39,862 nucleotides of DNA from Macrostomum lignano. Its lineage: Eukaryota. The DNA lies in assembly GCA_002269645.1 (NCBI GenBank), contig NIVC01004175.1, positions 59,044 to 98,905 of the forward strand. The letters are read 5' to 3'. Below are positions 1 through 11,000 of the stretch, piece by piece. How positions within the stretch are numbered: position 1 is the first letter of the stretch; the number at the start of each line of letters is the position of its first letter. The notes under the pieces were generated by a model. The model was not told the origin of the DNA, did no database searches, and saw only the letters and a program-made list of their open reading frames with translations. A program made the position numbers and the translations under genes.

Positions 1-892
1 GAGGTCCATTGCTACACGGACGGATCCATCAAAGACGGTCGCGCCGGCTTTGGGGTCTGCATCATCATCAACGGCCGCGTAATTGCCACGCATGCCAGCA
101 CACTGGTAGACTCTCCACAGTCTTCCAGAACGAAGTCCTTGCCATCAGCTCTTGCGCTGCAGAGCTGAACGCCAAGGTTACGAGAGGAAAGACTATTGTC
201 ATCCACTCTGACAGCCAAGCGGCCTTACAGGCCCTTTGCCACACCACAACGAACTCCCGGACAGTCGCCGACTGCGCCCGGCAGCTCAACCTCCTGGCCA
301 GAAGCAATACTGTCAGGCTGAAGTGGATCCCAGGGCACGCAGGGTTTCCGGGGAACGAGCTGGCAGACACCCTCGCCAAGAGGGGGCGCTCTGGCTCTTT
401 CTTCGGCCCTGCCCCCCTGGTCCCTATGCCCTTGACAGTCATCAATCGTCAGATCGACGACTGGGCTGACTCCCTCCACAGGACAGATGGGCGGGCACCC
501 AAAACTGCCGGCAATCTCGTGCCGCGGTTCCTTGCCCGTCTCACAGGCTCAGAAACATCCTTCTGAACCAGAATCGGAAGGATATTCGAGCCCTTGTCAT
601 GACCCTTACCGGCCATGGCTACCTCGCCAGGCACTGCTTCCTCCGAGGCGACCTCGAGAGCGAAATTTGCCCCTTTTGCGAGTGCGACAAAGAAGATGCT
701 CAGCACTTTGTCTGTCACTGCCCTTTCTTTAACAGAGACCGGCTACGCTACCTCGGGCCGAACCCGTCCATTGACGAGGTCTGCCAGCCCGACAGCATCC
801 CACGGCTCATCCAGTTCCTTCGGGCGACTAGACGAGCCAGTTTCTTCCCAACGGAAGATCACGCTGCAGGACGGACCGGCGGACCACCCTGA
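1..892 (+). pseudogene. LINE ORF2 C-terminal part (RNase H + zinc knuckle), frameshifted
   Basis: Frame 1 reads EVHCYTDGSIKDGRAGFG, continues in the 9..566 frame, then in the 599..892 frame; at least two frame changes (near 100 and near 480). Confidence 0.8.
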
Positions 893-1005
893 CCGGCCCC
901 ACGCCTCTGCCTGTCTGCGGGCCTTCAGGGGCTAGCGGAATGGGCGACCCTCGCCTCCCCGCTGTGTCTACGGACCACCCTGCAGCTAAGTCAAGTAAGT
1001 CAAGT
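1..1005 (+). mobile_element. 3' end of a non-LTR retrotransposon (RNase H-bearing LINE, R1/LOA/I-like), 5' part outside window
   Basis: RNase H motifs YTDGS, NEVLAI, IHSDSQAAL, WIPGHAGFPGNELADTLAK, then LTGHG and a CCHC knuckle (CPFCECDKEDAQHFVCHC), a short 3' UTR and a (TAAGTCAAG)2 tail at 987-1005. Clade assignment is from recall. Confidence 0.85.
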
Positions 1006-2625
1006 TGGCCAGGCCGAGGAACGACCGGACTTCCTTGGCAGACTGTGGATCCTTGAATGCTTGCAGCTCCGCGATTTTCTCTTCTGATGGCTGGATGCCG
1101 AACTTGGAGAGCGTCATAGCCATGAACTTGGCCTTGCCGATGCCCCAGTGGCACTTGCTGGTATTCAGGGTGATGCCATTGTCACGCAGTCTGGTCAGGC
1201 AGGCTGCCACGTGTTCTTGGTGAACTTCAGGGCCCTGACTGGATGATGATGTCGTCGTGGATCCACTTAACACCAGTGAGGCCTTCCAGCACTTGCTGCA
1301 TGACACGCTGCAGGATCTGCAAGGCGGAGGCGAATCCCATGCTCAGGCGTGTCAGCTGACGCATCCCTCGGGGCATTGAGAAGACCAAGTACTTGCGGCT
1401 GTCCTCACTGATCTCAATTTGATGAAACGCCTTGAAGATATCGAGCTTGGTGAAGATTGTCGACCCCGTCATGTCACTGGTAGCTTCTTCAAAAGTCGGG
1501 ATTTGGTGTCGCTGCCTCAGGGACGCCTTGTTAACGTCTCGCAGATCCTGGATGATCCTCAAGGTCTTCCCGTCCTCTTTCGGTACCACGACGATGCGAC
1601 TGACCCATGGCGTGGGGCCTTCTACTGGCTGGATGATCTGCATGCGCTCTTGCTCGTCCAGCTCGCGGTCCAGCGCCTCCCTGAGATGTACTGGTATATT
1701 CGAGAGGGCGGATGACAGACGGGCCTAGCGTCGGGCTTGATACGAGCTCGTACCAATCTGAACTAAAACACCCTTGACCTTGCCGAGGCCTTTGAAGAGC
1801 TCCGGAAATCGCTTGGCCAGCGCCAGGGTCTCTGCGTTCTCCGTCTCGGCTGCTGCAATCGCGCGAACCTGAGGCCCCAATCTCAGAAGGCGGAGTGAGG
1901 TCGATGTCTCTCGTCCCAGGATGTTGACGCCGTCGCCGGGGACGACCATGAAGCGAACCTCCTGGCTGTCCTGGCCGGTTGTCACCTGCAGGCTGCAGGC
2001 TCCCAGGATGCTGAGTGGTTCTGAAGAGCGGAAGGCGAATACCTTTGTGCGAGTTGTCTGCAGCGGCGGGGGTCGCGGAAGTTTCCACCAGGCTCTCTCT
2101 GTCAAGATATTGCAATCGGCCCCGCTGTCGACCAGGACTTCCAGCTGCGTTGAGTCGACGAGCACTGTTGTGCGGACGCCGGCTGTAGCCGTCATGGTGG
2201 CCGCCACGGTCAGACAGAAGATGCTGTCCTCCGGCTCTGAGCTGTCGCTGTCGGCCTGCAGGGCACGGACGGCTTCCAACGGCCGGGAGAGACAGGCCCT
2301 CGCCAGGTGATTTGGCTTGCCTCAGCGCTCGCACGTCTTACCTCTGTCTGCGTTGCATGTTCGATGTCCCGGGACTCCGCATCTGATGCACGTGGCTTGC
2401 TTACCTGGCTGGTCCCTTGACTAGGCGCTCTGCCGATGAGGCCGCTGCACCAGTGTCTCGAAGCCAAAGTCGCTGTACCGCCGCCTCGTTAGATTCCATG
2501 AGGCTTGCCTGAGTCTCTGCTGTCTCCATGGCTCTGGCCACCCGAAGCGCCTGCTCCAGGTCGACATTTTCGATCGCTAGCAGCTTGCGGCGAAGCTGCT
2601 CTGAACTGCAGCCGGTGATTTTGGT
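1006..2625 (-). mobile_element. Decayed Ty3/Gypsy LTR retrotransposon fragment (gag remnant, protease, RT)
   Basis: Gag-like ITGCSSEQLRRKLL...LEQALRVARAME; aspartic protease LVDSGADCNIL; RT PWVSRIVVVPK, DLRDVNK, FTKLDIFKAFHQI, IHDDIII, EVRSFLGLAN; several frameshifts; ends abruptly at the LINE tail. Confidence 0.9.
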
Positions 2626-2663
2626 GGTGGTATCTTCTGATTCCATTTGACACGTTGTTCAGT

Positions 2664-2830
2664 TCAGTGAATAATGTAGCGTTCCAGTGCGAACTTAACC
2701 ATTTGTCCGAAACGTCCGGCTCCGATGTTCGCTCTTTGGGCATTCCATGTCTCAATTTTTACTTTCTCCTCTTGCCATTTCCTTCTTGCTGTTATAAGTC
2801 TCGTTTTTGTTCTTGCTTTTCGTTTTTCAT
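2664..2830 (-). mobile_element. Possible start of an APE endonuclease of an RTE-like LINE (fragment)
   Basis: Minus strand reads KVKIETWNAQRANIGAGRFGQMVKFALERYIIH*, resembling the TWNVRT...G...Q...MERY start of RTE-type endonucleases. Short match, judged by eye. Confidence 0.3.
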
Positions 2831-3100
2831 TGCCTTTCCTCTTCCTTCTTTCTGATCTGGCTTTCTTCTGGGTTTCGCTCCTTGGTCCGGGGTTCTTTTC
2901 TTCAGGCAGCTTCAGGTTGATGGCGTTTTTATTGCTCTTTTTCTCTCTTTTTTGGTTTTTTTATGGCTCTTCTTTCCTCTTTTAATCCTCACTGACATCT
3001 TTCACCATATTTTGTTTTTAGAGGTGCACAAGTTGGTTACTTCCTGTCTTGGATCTTGTCACTTAAGCCAAGTCCCCAGGCCTCTCTACCCCCCTATCTC

Positions 3101-3121
3101 TATCATCATCATCATCATCAT

Positions 3122-3164
<43 letters not shown>

Positions 3165-3285
3165 CCGTCATCATCATCATCATCACCGTCATCATCATCA
3201 TCATCACCGTCATCATCATCATCATCATCACCACCATCATCATCATCATCATCACCATCACCATCATCATCATAATCATCACCAC

Positions 3286-3345
<60 letters not shown>

Positions 3346-3367
3346 AATCATCGTACCATCATCATCA
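3101..3367. repeat. (ATC)n microsatellite with ACC/GTC/ATA interruptions
   Basis: Direct reading; it produces the poly-Ser/Ile/Met ORFs in the track. Confidence 0.98.
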
Positions 3368-4674
3368 AGGACACTCACTAATATAGAAAACACCTGTAAA
3401 TTTTATGTTAATTGAAAACCGCATTGGATTTGATTACTGGGCACAGAAGCTATTATTATAGCTCTCGAGAATCTGCACAAATTGCTTTAACCAAGAGACA
3501 GTATGTGTTCCTGGCGTAATCCTGTCCCGATGTTGCTAATGATCTTCATCTGTCTGTGTGCAGTTTATTTTTGCCGTCAGTAAGGTCTTTTTGGTCAATA
3601 GAAATCGTCAAGTACGCGGACTTCATGTTTAAATTTCATTGCACAACAGTCTCGACAGCGAATTCCACATATTACTCGTACGCAGGTATACTAATCCACT
3701 AAAAATTGCAAGCTCAGTGGCATCAAAAAAAATAATAAGTATTATTTATTAAAATAAATCACCAGATATCGTAGCGATTATTTTTAAAGGTTCCGGAAAG
3801 AATCGCTTTAAATTTATGCATAATAGCTCTAAGCTAATATCAATAAATTATTTGTCTAATTGCTCATAGATCCATTTCGCAATTTTCGCTGTAACTGGGG
3901 CAAGCTTTCTGCAGCAATAAAATCTGCTTCAATAAGATAAGCGTACTGTGCAACGTTGCGGAATGTAATTTAAACTTTAGATAGAGAATTTTTTTGAAAT
4001 TTTCTGCTAATCCCGAGATGCCGGGATTTGGCATTCATACGCTCGTAATAGAGTCTTGATTAATGCTATTTCATTATTTATTGTCCGTATTCACCTCTAT
4101 TTGAGCCTGTTCATCCTTATTTAACTTTATGAGCGTATTTAATATAACTCTTCAACAATGCTTCACAGGTAACGGATGTACTGGACTACAAAATTAGCTA
4201 GGCATACACAATTTACAATATACTAGACTAGACCTAAACCTGATTAGTGACATTCTTATATGGCTTAGGACTACATGTAGTACTGGTAGTTTACTAGGCC
4301 TATACTTAATCAAGGTATCTGTGATGCTCAGATGGCAACTCTAGTGCTTGAATAACGAAGCTCGTATCTTGCTTTGCTTGTTTATTTGGCTTTAGGACCA
4401 CATTAATGATAGCGTGGCTTGTAACAAGATTACGAACAAGATTAATTTATAAACACTTATATATTAGGAAGGGATGAGGGAGGCGGCATTTGGCGCAGCG
4501 GCCATAGACTATTGCACGAGCGTATGTCATGTGTCCCTCCAGAAGGAAAGAGTTGAACTATGTTTCCGAACAATGTAAACTTTATGTTAGGAACTTAACA
4601 GATAACTAATTCAAATTCAGCGTGTCAGGTTTCATTTTGGTTCGTAATGTGTAGCTAATGCGGTTTTTTAGCAG

Positions 4675-5784
4675 TCATGAGGAGTAGCGGTCTGGTTGGC
4701 GACGCATCCGGGTGCTACGGCGAATTCCACCTGCTTCTTGTACTTGCGCGCCTTGGGTCGAATTGTCGCTGGCGTTCCCTGCCTCCGTGTCTGCGGGATC
4801 TCCTGCTATTGATTCTTCATCGTCGTGTGGCAGTGGAGCGAGTTGGTTGTCGCTTGCCAAACGCAGTTCGCTCCCGTCCAACACGAAGGCTGTGTTGCGG
4901 CCTCGGTTCATCCCGTATTCGACAGTGGAGGGTGGAACGTCCGAAGTTGGCTGATACAGAACGTGCTCGCCTTGGTTGAGTGTGGAGACTACAGGAGCGC
5001 GTAGTTGGCGTCCGAAAACAATCTCAGCTGGCGTCTTGCCCCTACTCGTGGATGAGTTTCGGTGATGAAACAGCAATCGCTGTAGATAGGGAACAAATTC
5101 AGCTTGGGAGGTTCGTTCGTTCCAGGCCCGCAGAGCTCGTTTGACTGTCTGGACTGCTCGCTCAGCCGATCCATTGGCCTGGGGATAATAAGTTGGGGAT
5201 TCCATCTTCTTTATGCCATTTTGGTGCAGCCAGCTCCTCAGTGAATCGCTGACGAACTCCGGAGCATTGTCCGAAACTAAAAGTTCAGGCACGCCAAAGC
5301 GTGTGAAAACAGTTCTGAGGCATTTAATGATCTGATCTGTGGATCGATCTTTACAGGGAAAGGCCTCGATCCAACCAGAGTGAGAGTCGACTGCTATCAG
5401 GATGTTTCCAACATTCTTTACGTACGCCCAGTCAACGTGAAGCTTTTGAAACGGGTATTCAGTCGATGGCCAGGTGTCTCTGGTCTTCCCCAATCTGGGC
5501 CGCAGCCTGTTGCATACATCACACTGGCTGACAAATCGCTCGATGTCAGCGCGCATTCCAGGCCACCAGCAGGACAAGCTAATGAAGTTGAGTGTCGCCA
5601 GAGACCCAGAGTGAGTGCCATGCGCTGCACGAAAAGCTTCTTTCCGCAGTCTTGGCGGAATGTAGACCTGGCAACCCTTGAACAGTAAGCCGTCCTCGAT
5701 AGTTAGGCATTGCGATACGGCCTGGAATGGTTTCTCAGCCTGAGAACAGCCAGCCCAGTTTCCCGAGCGAATTCGGTGCATCAC
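4675..5784 (-). pseudogene. Gypsy integrase domain
   Basis: 369-aa ORF with HHCC and D,D(35)E motifs ending RRSTRMRRQPDRYSS; separated from the RT-RH frame by a shift at the T6 run (plus strand) near 5785. Confidence 0.9.
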
Positions 5785-7289
5785 TTTTTTATGAGCTCAT
5801 CCAACTCTAGCTCTGCGGCAACCCGGTACCTGGAAATGACAGACGGCTCGAAGGCAACGCAATCAATGGCTTCGCAGACTTCCGCCGAATCGTTAGAATC
5901 GTTAGATAAGTCAGTGAAGCGTAGACGAGAAAGCGCGTCGGCATGTGGAATCTTCTCTCCTGGTATATAGCGTATGGTGTAGTCAAGGTGCATCATCGCG
6001 AGTGCCCATCTGCTAATGCGAGCGGAGGTGTTCAGCGGCACCCCGCGAGACTGGCCGAAGAGCTGTTCGAGAGGCTTATGATCCGTCTGTATTGTGAAGT
6101 GGCGGCCCAGTAAATAGTGCTTCAGCCGGCTGACTGCCCAAAAAACGGCAAGGGCTTCTCGCTCTATGTTCGAATAGTTTTGTTCCGCAGTGGAAAGACA
6201 CCGAGAAATATAGATCACAGGATGGCCATCCTGCGTGACCACTCCTGCAAGCGCTCCCTTGGAGGCATCTGTGGTAAGAGTGAGTTCCTTTTCTAATGAG
6301 TATGGCTGGACTATGGGTTGAGAGGCAATCTCCGTCTTGAGTTGTCTGAAGGCTCGGTCACACTCAGCTGTCCATTGAAAGTCGGCGTCCGCTCTGCTCA
6401 GTCGATTTAGCGGCTGAATCTTTCCAGAGAAGTTGGGTACTAGCCTTCCGAAGAAGTTTATTAGACCAACGAATCGTTCCAGCTCCTTCTTGTCTTTGGG
6501 TTGTGCGATGCTGCGGATTTTCTCAACCAATCGATCATCGGGTTGGATGCCAGCAGCAGAAATTTTAAATCCCAGAAATGATATTTCATCAGTCGCCTCG
6601 ATGCATTTGCTTTCGTTGATGGTGACATGCTTTTCTGCCAGCCTAGTCTTCACAGCACGAAGTCTTTTCTGTAGTGAATCACTGTTTTCGGCGAAAACTA
6701 ATACGTCGTCTTGGTAGATGAGAACGCCCTTTAGGTCTGACAGAATACTTTCCATCGCGCGCTCAAAAATAAAAGATGCATTCTTCATCCCCATCTGAAG
6801 TCTTTTCACGCGAAATAATCCTTTGGATGTGTTAATTATTGAGAGATCCTGAGCAGCCTCGTCCAATTCGATCTGCCAGTAGGCCGACCTCAGGTCTACT
6901 TTGGCAAACTTCTTGGCGTTTTTTAGTTTGGAAAATAGGTGCTCCACGCTAGGGATGGGATGGTCCTCTGACTTGATCTTTGCGTTGACGTAAACGCTGT
7001 AGTCAGCGCACATCCTTAGGGTTCCATCTTTCTTTTTGACCCAGACGACAGGAGAAGCATTGCTCACCGGGCCGTCAACTGGTTCTATCACGCCCAACTG
7101 CTGCAGCCTGTCCAATTCAGCGTTGATGGAGGATTCCAGGGCGACAGGCACGGGACGCGCACGGCAAAACCTCGGATTGGCACCAGCGATGGTCTCCATT
7201 TTGGCCTTGATGCCTTTAATCACGGGTAGGGCATCCACGCTGTTACCGATGCTAGTGGAGCATGTGCTGTGGACTTGCGCTGAGTCCAA
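5781..7289 (-). pseudogene. Gypsy reverse transcriptase / RNase H
   Basis: 502-aa uninterrupted frame with ASPVVWVKKKDG, DLRSAYWQI, YQDD and TDAS motifs. Confidence 0.92.
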
Positions 7290-7379
7290 TAAGTCACAGC
7301 CTAACAGACCGAATGCCTTAGAGGCCTGTACAACGATCAGTTCAGCAGGGTGAAACTTGCCGCGAAGCTCAATGGCGGT

Positions 7380-8060
7380 TTATAACTTGCCGAGGACTTT
7401 AAGCATGTGGCCATCGTAGGTTTGAAGACGGCGATGACACCTCTGGAGGGCCGGGCGGCAGAGTGACTCCCAGAGAGTGCTTGAAATGACGCTCACCGCA
7501 GCACCGGTGTCTACTTGCATTGGGATTTGAGCACCATTGATTACTATGTTTTCCAGTGTCGAGTCGATAGCGTGAATCGTGTCCGCGTCCCTAAGGTGAA
7601 GAAGGGACGTGGTATCTGGTTGCGGCGTGTCTGCGTTTGAGAGCTCCTCGACGTTGTGGAGCTGGCGTGGTCGGGAGGATCGACATACCGATGCAAAGGG
7701 GTTTGGTTTTGAGCATTTGCTGCAGGTTTTTCCAAACGCTGGGCACTTTCCAGCAACATGGACTTGGCCGCAGTAACCACACTGTCCCGTGCGTGGTCCA
7801 ATCTTGCGAGTGGTAAAGTTGTTCTTTGTAGCCAAAGAGCCATGGTGAATCTCCGGAACAGTTTCCTTTGGTGGGGAGGTCGTGAACGGCATGGAGGCTT
7901 GTTTGGACACGAACTATTTCACTTGCTTGATCTGGGCAACAAAATCTACGATTTCCTCGACCGCCAGCTCCTTGATCTGCATAGCTTCTAGAACCTTTTG
8001 CTGTGTTGTGGGACAGTGCATGCCAGCGACTAACGCCAAATGAATCATGACCTCTTCTGG
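7380..8060 (-). pseudogene. Gypsy gag C-terminal part and protease
   Basis: Zinc knuckles and DTGA; in-frame stops near 7916 and at 7380; gag N-terminus missing upstream of about 8060. Confidence 0.85.
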
Positions 8061-11000
8061 GCCTTCTGCCTCTTGTATCTGCCTATTGTATCATATACAA
8101 CAGGCCCTACTTTTAGTACGAGTAGAAGAATTATGTACTGGATCCAACACTACACTACGTGTGTTAGCTATGTGTGCTGTGAACGGTGAACACCCATGCT
8201 TGAATTGATTGACTGAAATGGTATTTGCTTTGAATTTTGCTTTTGCAACAATAAAATTAAAAAAATGGAAAAGAGTGCACGACTGTCAATTAATTATTTT
8301 CTAATTTATTAATTTGATACTTTTAAGGTGTAACTAACATTGTGGTCAAGAAATGAGAATGTTAAAGAGAATTATATTTGTACATTAATAGATAATTTAA
8401 CAAGGGTTAATTTAAAAATTTTAGCTTTACAGCTGACAGACAACAAGTTGTGACGGGTTCTTTCCCCATCTCTTTAAAATTGTTTCGTTCTTCTACTTCC
8501 TTGGTATTGCTCTTAGTAGTATTTATAGCCACCGTTATTCCACTTTCAAAAAACTAAACCGTTTTAAAACACCTATGGTATTTGTGAATCGTGGTATCTT
8601 GGCAAGCGGACGAGGTCAGTATAACAATTACGGTTGTTGGTCTCCTCCTTAACAAGTTTGCGCGCGTCAGCCGTTTAGATTATCGGGATCTTACGGTCAA
8701 CGATTTTGGTTTCATAAACATGCATTGGTCCTTACTCGTGTTAAAAATAACTCAATTTTATGTCTATAGTTGAGACACCATATGAAATCAATCCGGCCTT
8801 TAGACCACAGACCACAATTTTAGATCTGTGTTTTAGACAGACGTACTTGCTTTAAAGACGGCCTCTGCGTTCTTCTTGGACTTTAATACACAGCTTTAAT
8901 AAAGCAACAAGTGTCACAGCGATTTGTCAAAAACGCAAGACAGTATTTTAGCTGTTTTGGGGCGAATATAAAACGGAGGGGCCTGCAGGTTTTGAAAAAT
9001 ATCTGCATTAGTAACTGCAGTTTAACCGATAAAAACGGTGCCAAAGGCCAAGAAGCGTACCAGTGTCATTTTGCGTCGCTCTAGAGTCGCTCCAGAGTCG
9101 TTGCGGATGACAAAAGGTAAAATTGGAAAATAGGACTCTAATACAACTTTAATAACGACGAGATGTCGCAGTACAAGTCGGGAAGAAGTCCTCAAAGAGT
9201 CGCTGTTTTATTGTCTGCGACTCTAAAACGACGGAGTTGACTGAGGGTAATTGTCTACGCGGGTTCCATGCAAGAACACCCTATTCGACATGATGAAGGG
9301 CGTAAAACGGGCTGGTCTGCCCGTAGCGTGTTAGCTAAATGCCAACTAATTACATGCGTGCAATTGTTTTTATCAGCTTCACGGAAATGGGCCATGGGCT
9401 ATAGTTGATCAAAGCGATAACAGTTAAGTCTATCATGAATAGGTCTACCTGGTTGCTCGTCGGCGCGTTGCGATCGTTTGCACGCTTGCTGTCTTTTAGG
9501 AGCTCGCTTTGCAAGTGTTTAAAAGCCAACTGCACCCAGGAAAGTGATACATTTCCCCTCACGATCTGTAATAAAAAGGATTGTACAAGTGTATCACACG
9601 TCCAGCGGCTTCTCAGCCACGCAGCCTTTCGACCGGCCTGTCAACGACTTTGTGAGCAGGTCGTGAGCAGGTGTGAGCACGTTGTACGTCAGAGCCTACC
9701 TCCAGTACAACGGTTCAAGACGGTGCGCGTAATGTCGCAATTTGGTTTGTGTGCGCTCCACTTCATCTAATGGCGCGACGTTGGCAGCCAGAAGAAAGAC
9801 GACGACAGAAAGTTAAAATACTGGGCGTACGTCACACGTGGAACGTCGGGGAGCACCATTGGACCGTTACAATTAAGCAACCAGGCTTCAGCTCTTGGCC
9901 CCCAATGTGATGACCAAGGTCACACAAGCCCCCCATGGCGGTCTCTGTACCGCGCCCCTCGGATGCGGATCGAAACATTCAGAGCGTCGACTAGGTGAAA
10001 AGATCCTCGTTAATCCGGGTTGACTGCATTTTATCGGCGGTGTGGTTTTCCTAGTATTGCAAATAAATCGGGTACGACTAAATGACAGCACACAGTCACG
10101 AACCTGCACTCCAACCCGGTTTGGGTGAGCCGAACAGTTACATGCAAGGACCACTGGAATGTTAGTCTCTAGTCTTTGGCAGCTGCGTGAGTGCGCCCCC
10201 ACTTGACAGGGCCCTTGCACAACTGGTGCAGTATATACAATTGGGATCGCTATAAAAATATGGGGATCTTTTACTAGAGCTCAACAACGAAATCAAACCT
10301 AACAACTTCAGCTGGGAACTTATTCTACTAATACCAAAGTAGTAGAATTGCCGCGCTGGCTTCACACCGAATGTTGTCGTCTTTCCAATCTGCGCCTACA
10401 CGCGCAAGGTGTTACTTTTATATAGTGGCACTCAAGACACAGCATCTGAGGCTGCTGGCTACATGTACATGTATAGGTTCTGCTGATTTAACATTTGTCG
10501 CACCCGTGGACAGCGCATTAAAGCACTTGACACCATAAATAACTTTGGCGCGTCCATCATAAATACGACTAGATGAAATCTGGCAACACCGGGCCTGAGT
10601 CGCATTCTCTTCTGCATGCAACTCCGTCCAGACTCTACTTATTCAGCTGCTACTACTAGTGGAATATATACGCTGCATAGTTCAGTTTCTGCATGTCTAC
10701 CCAAACCATGCAGCAGACGCACGTCTCAGCAAGCCGTTTTAGATTTTAGGCGGTCCAGTAGTTCCACCACGGATAGCAGACGCTGCAGGACAGGACGTCA
10801 CACAGATTTCCCTGACGGAATGGCGGAATGCCTGTTGCGAATGAAAATAAGCATTGAATTGCCCGATTGCAATTAAACTTATCAGATTTCTTTAACCATT
10901 CAGAACCCCAGCTCAAAACTTCCACAAAGAATTGTCATCTTACTAACTGGAAAATCATCACTGCAAATAACGTAGCTCAAGTCATGTGGGGAGTCGAGAA

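Larger units (their letters stand above)
4675..8060 (-). mobile_element. Ty3/Gypsy LTR retrotransposon internal region (partial gag, PR, RT, RNase H, integrase); no LTRs recognised
   Basis: Gag knuckles CGYCGQVH...C and CSKCSKPNPFASVC; protease VDTGAAVS; RT YQDDVLV; RNase H TDASKGALAG, YSNIEREALA, TDHKPL; integrase HxxxH/CxxC, LHVDW, SDNAPEF, NGSAERAVQTVK; PR-RT-RH-INT order. Confidence 0.95.

Noticed and set aside
1240-1275. Unusual IHDD in place of YxDD in the first Gypsy RT
   Set aside because: Non-tyrosine variants at this position occur in invertebrate Gypsy lineages, and the copy is decayed.
2952-3415. Poly-Ser, poly-Ile/His and poly-Met ORFs
   Set aside because: Translations of the (ATC)n microsatellite.
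4160-4670. LTR pair with 8060-8220
   Set aside because: Only short scattered matches (ATGTACTGGA, TTAGCTA); no TG...CA ends or polypurine tract identified.
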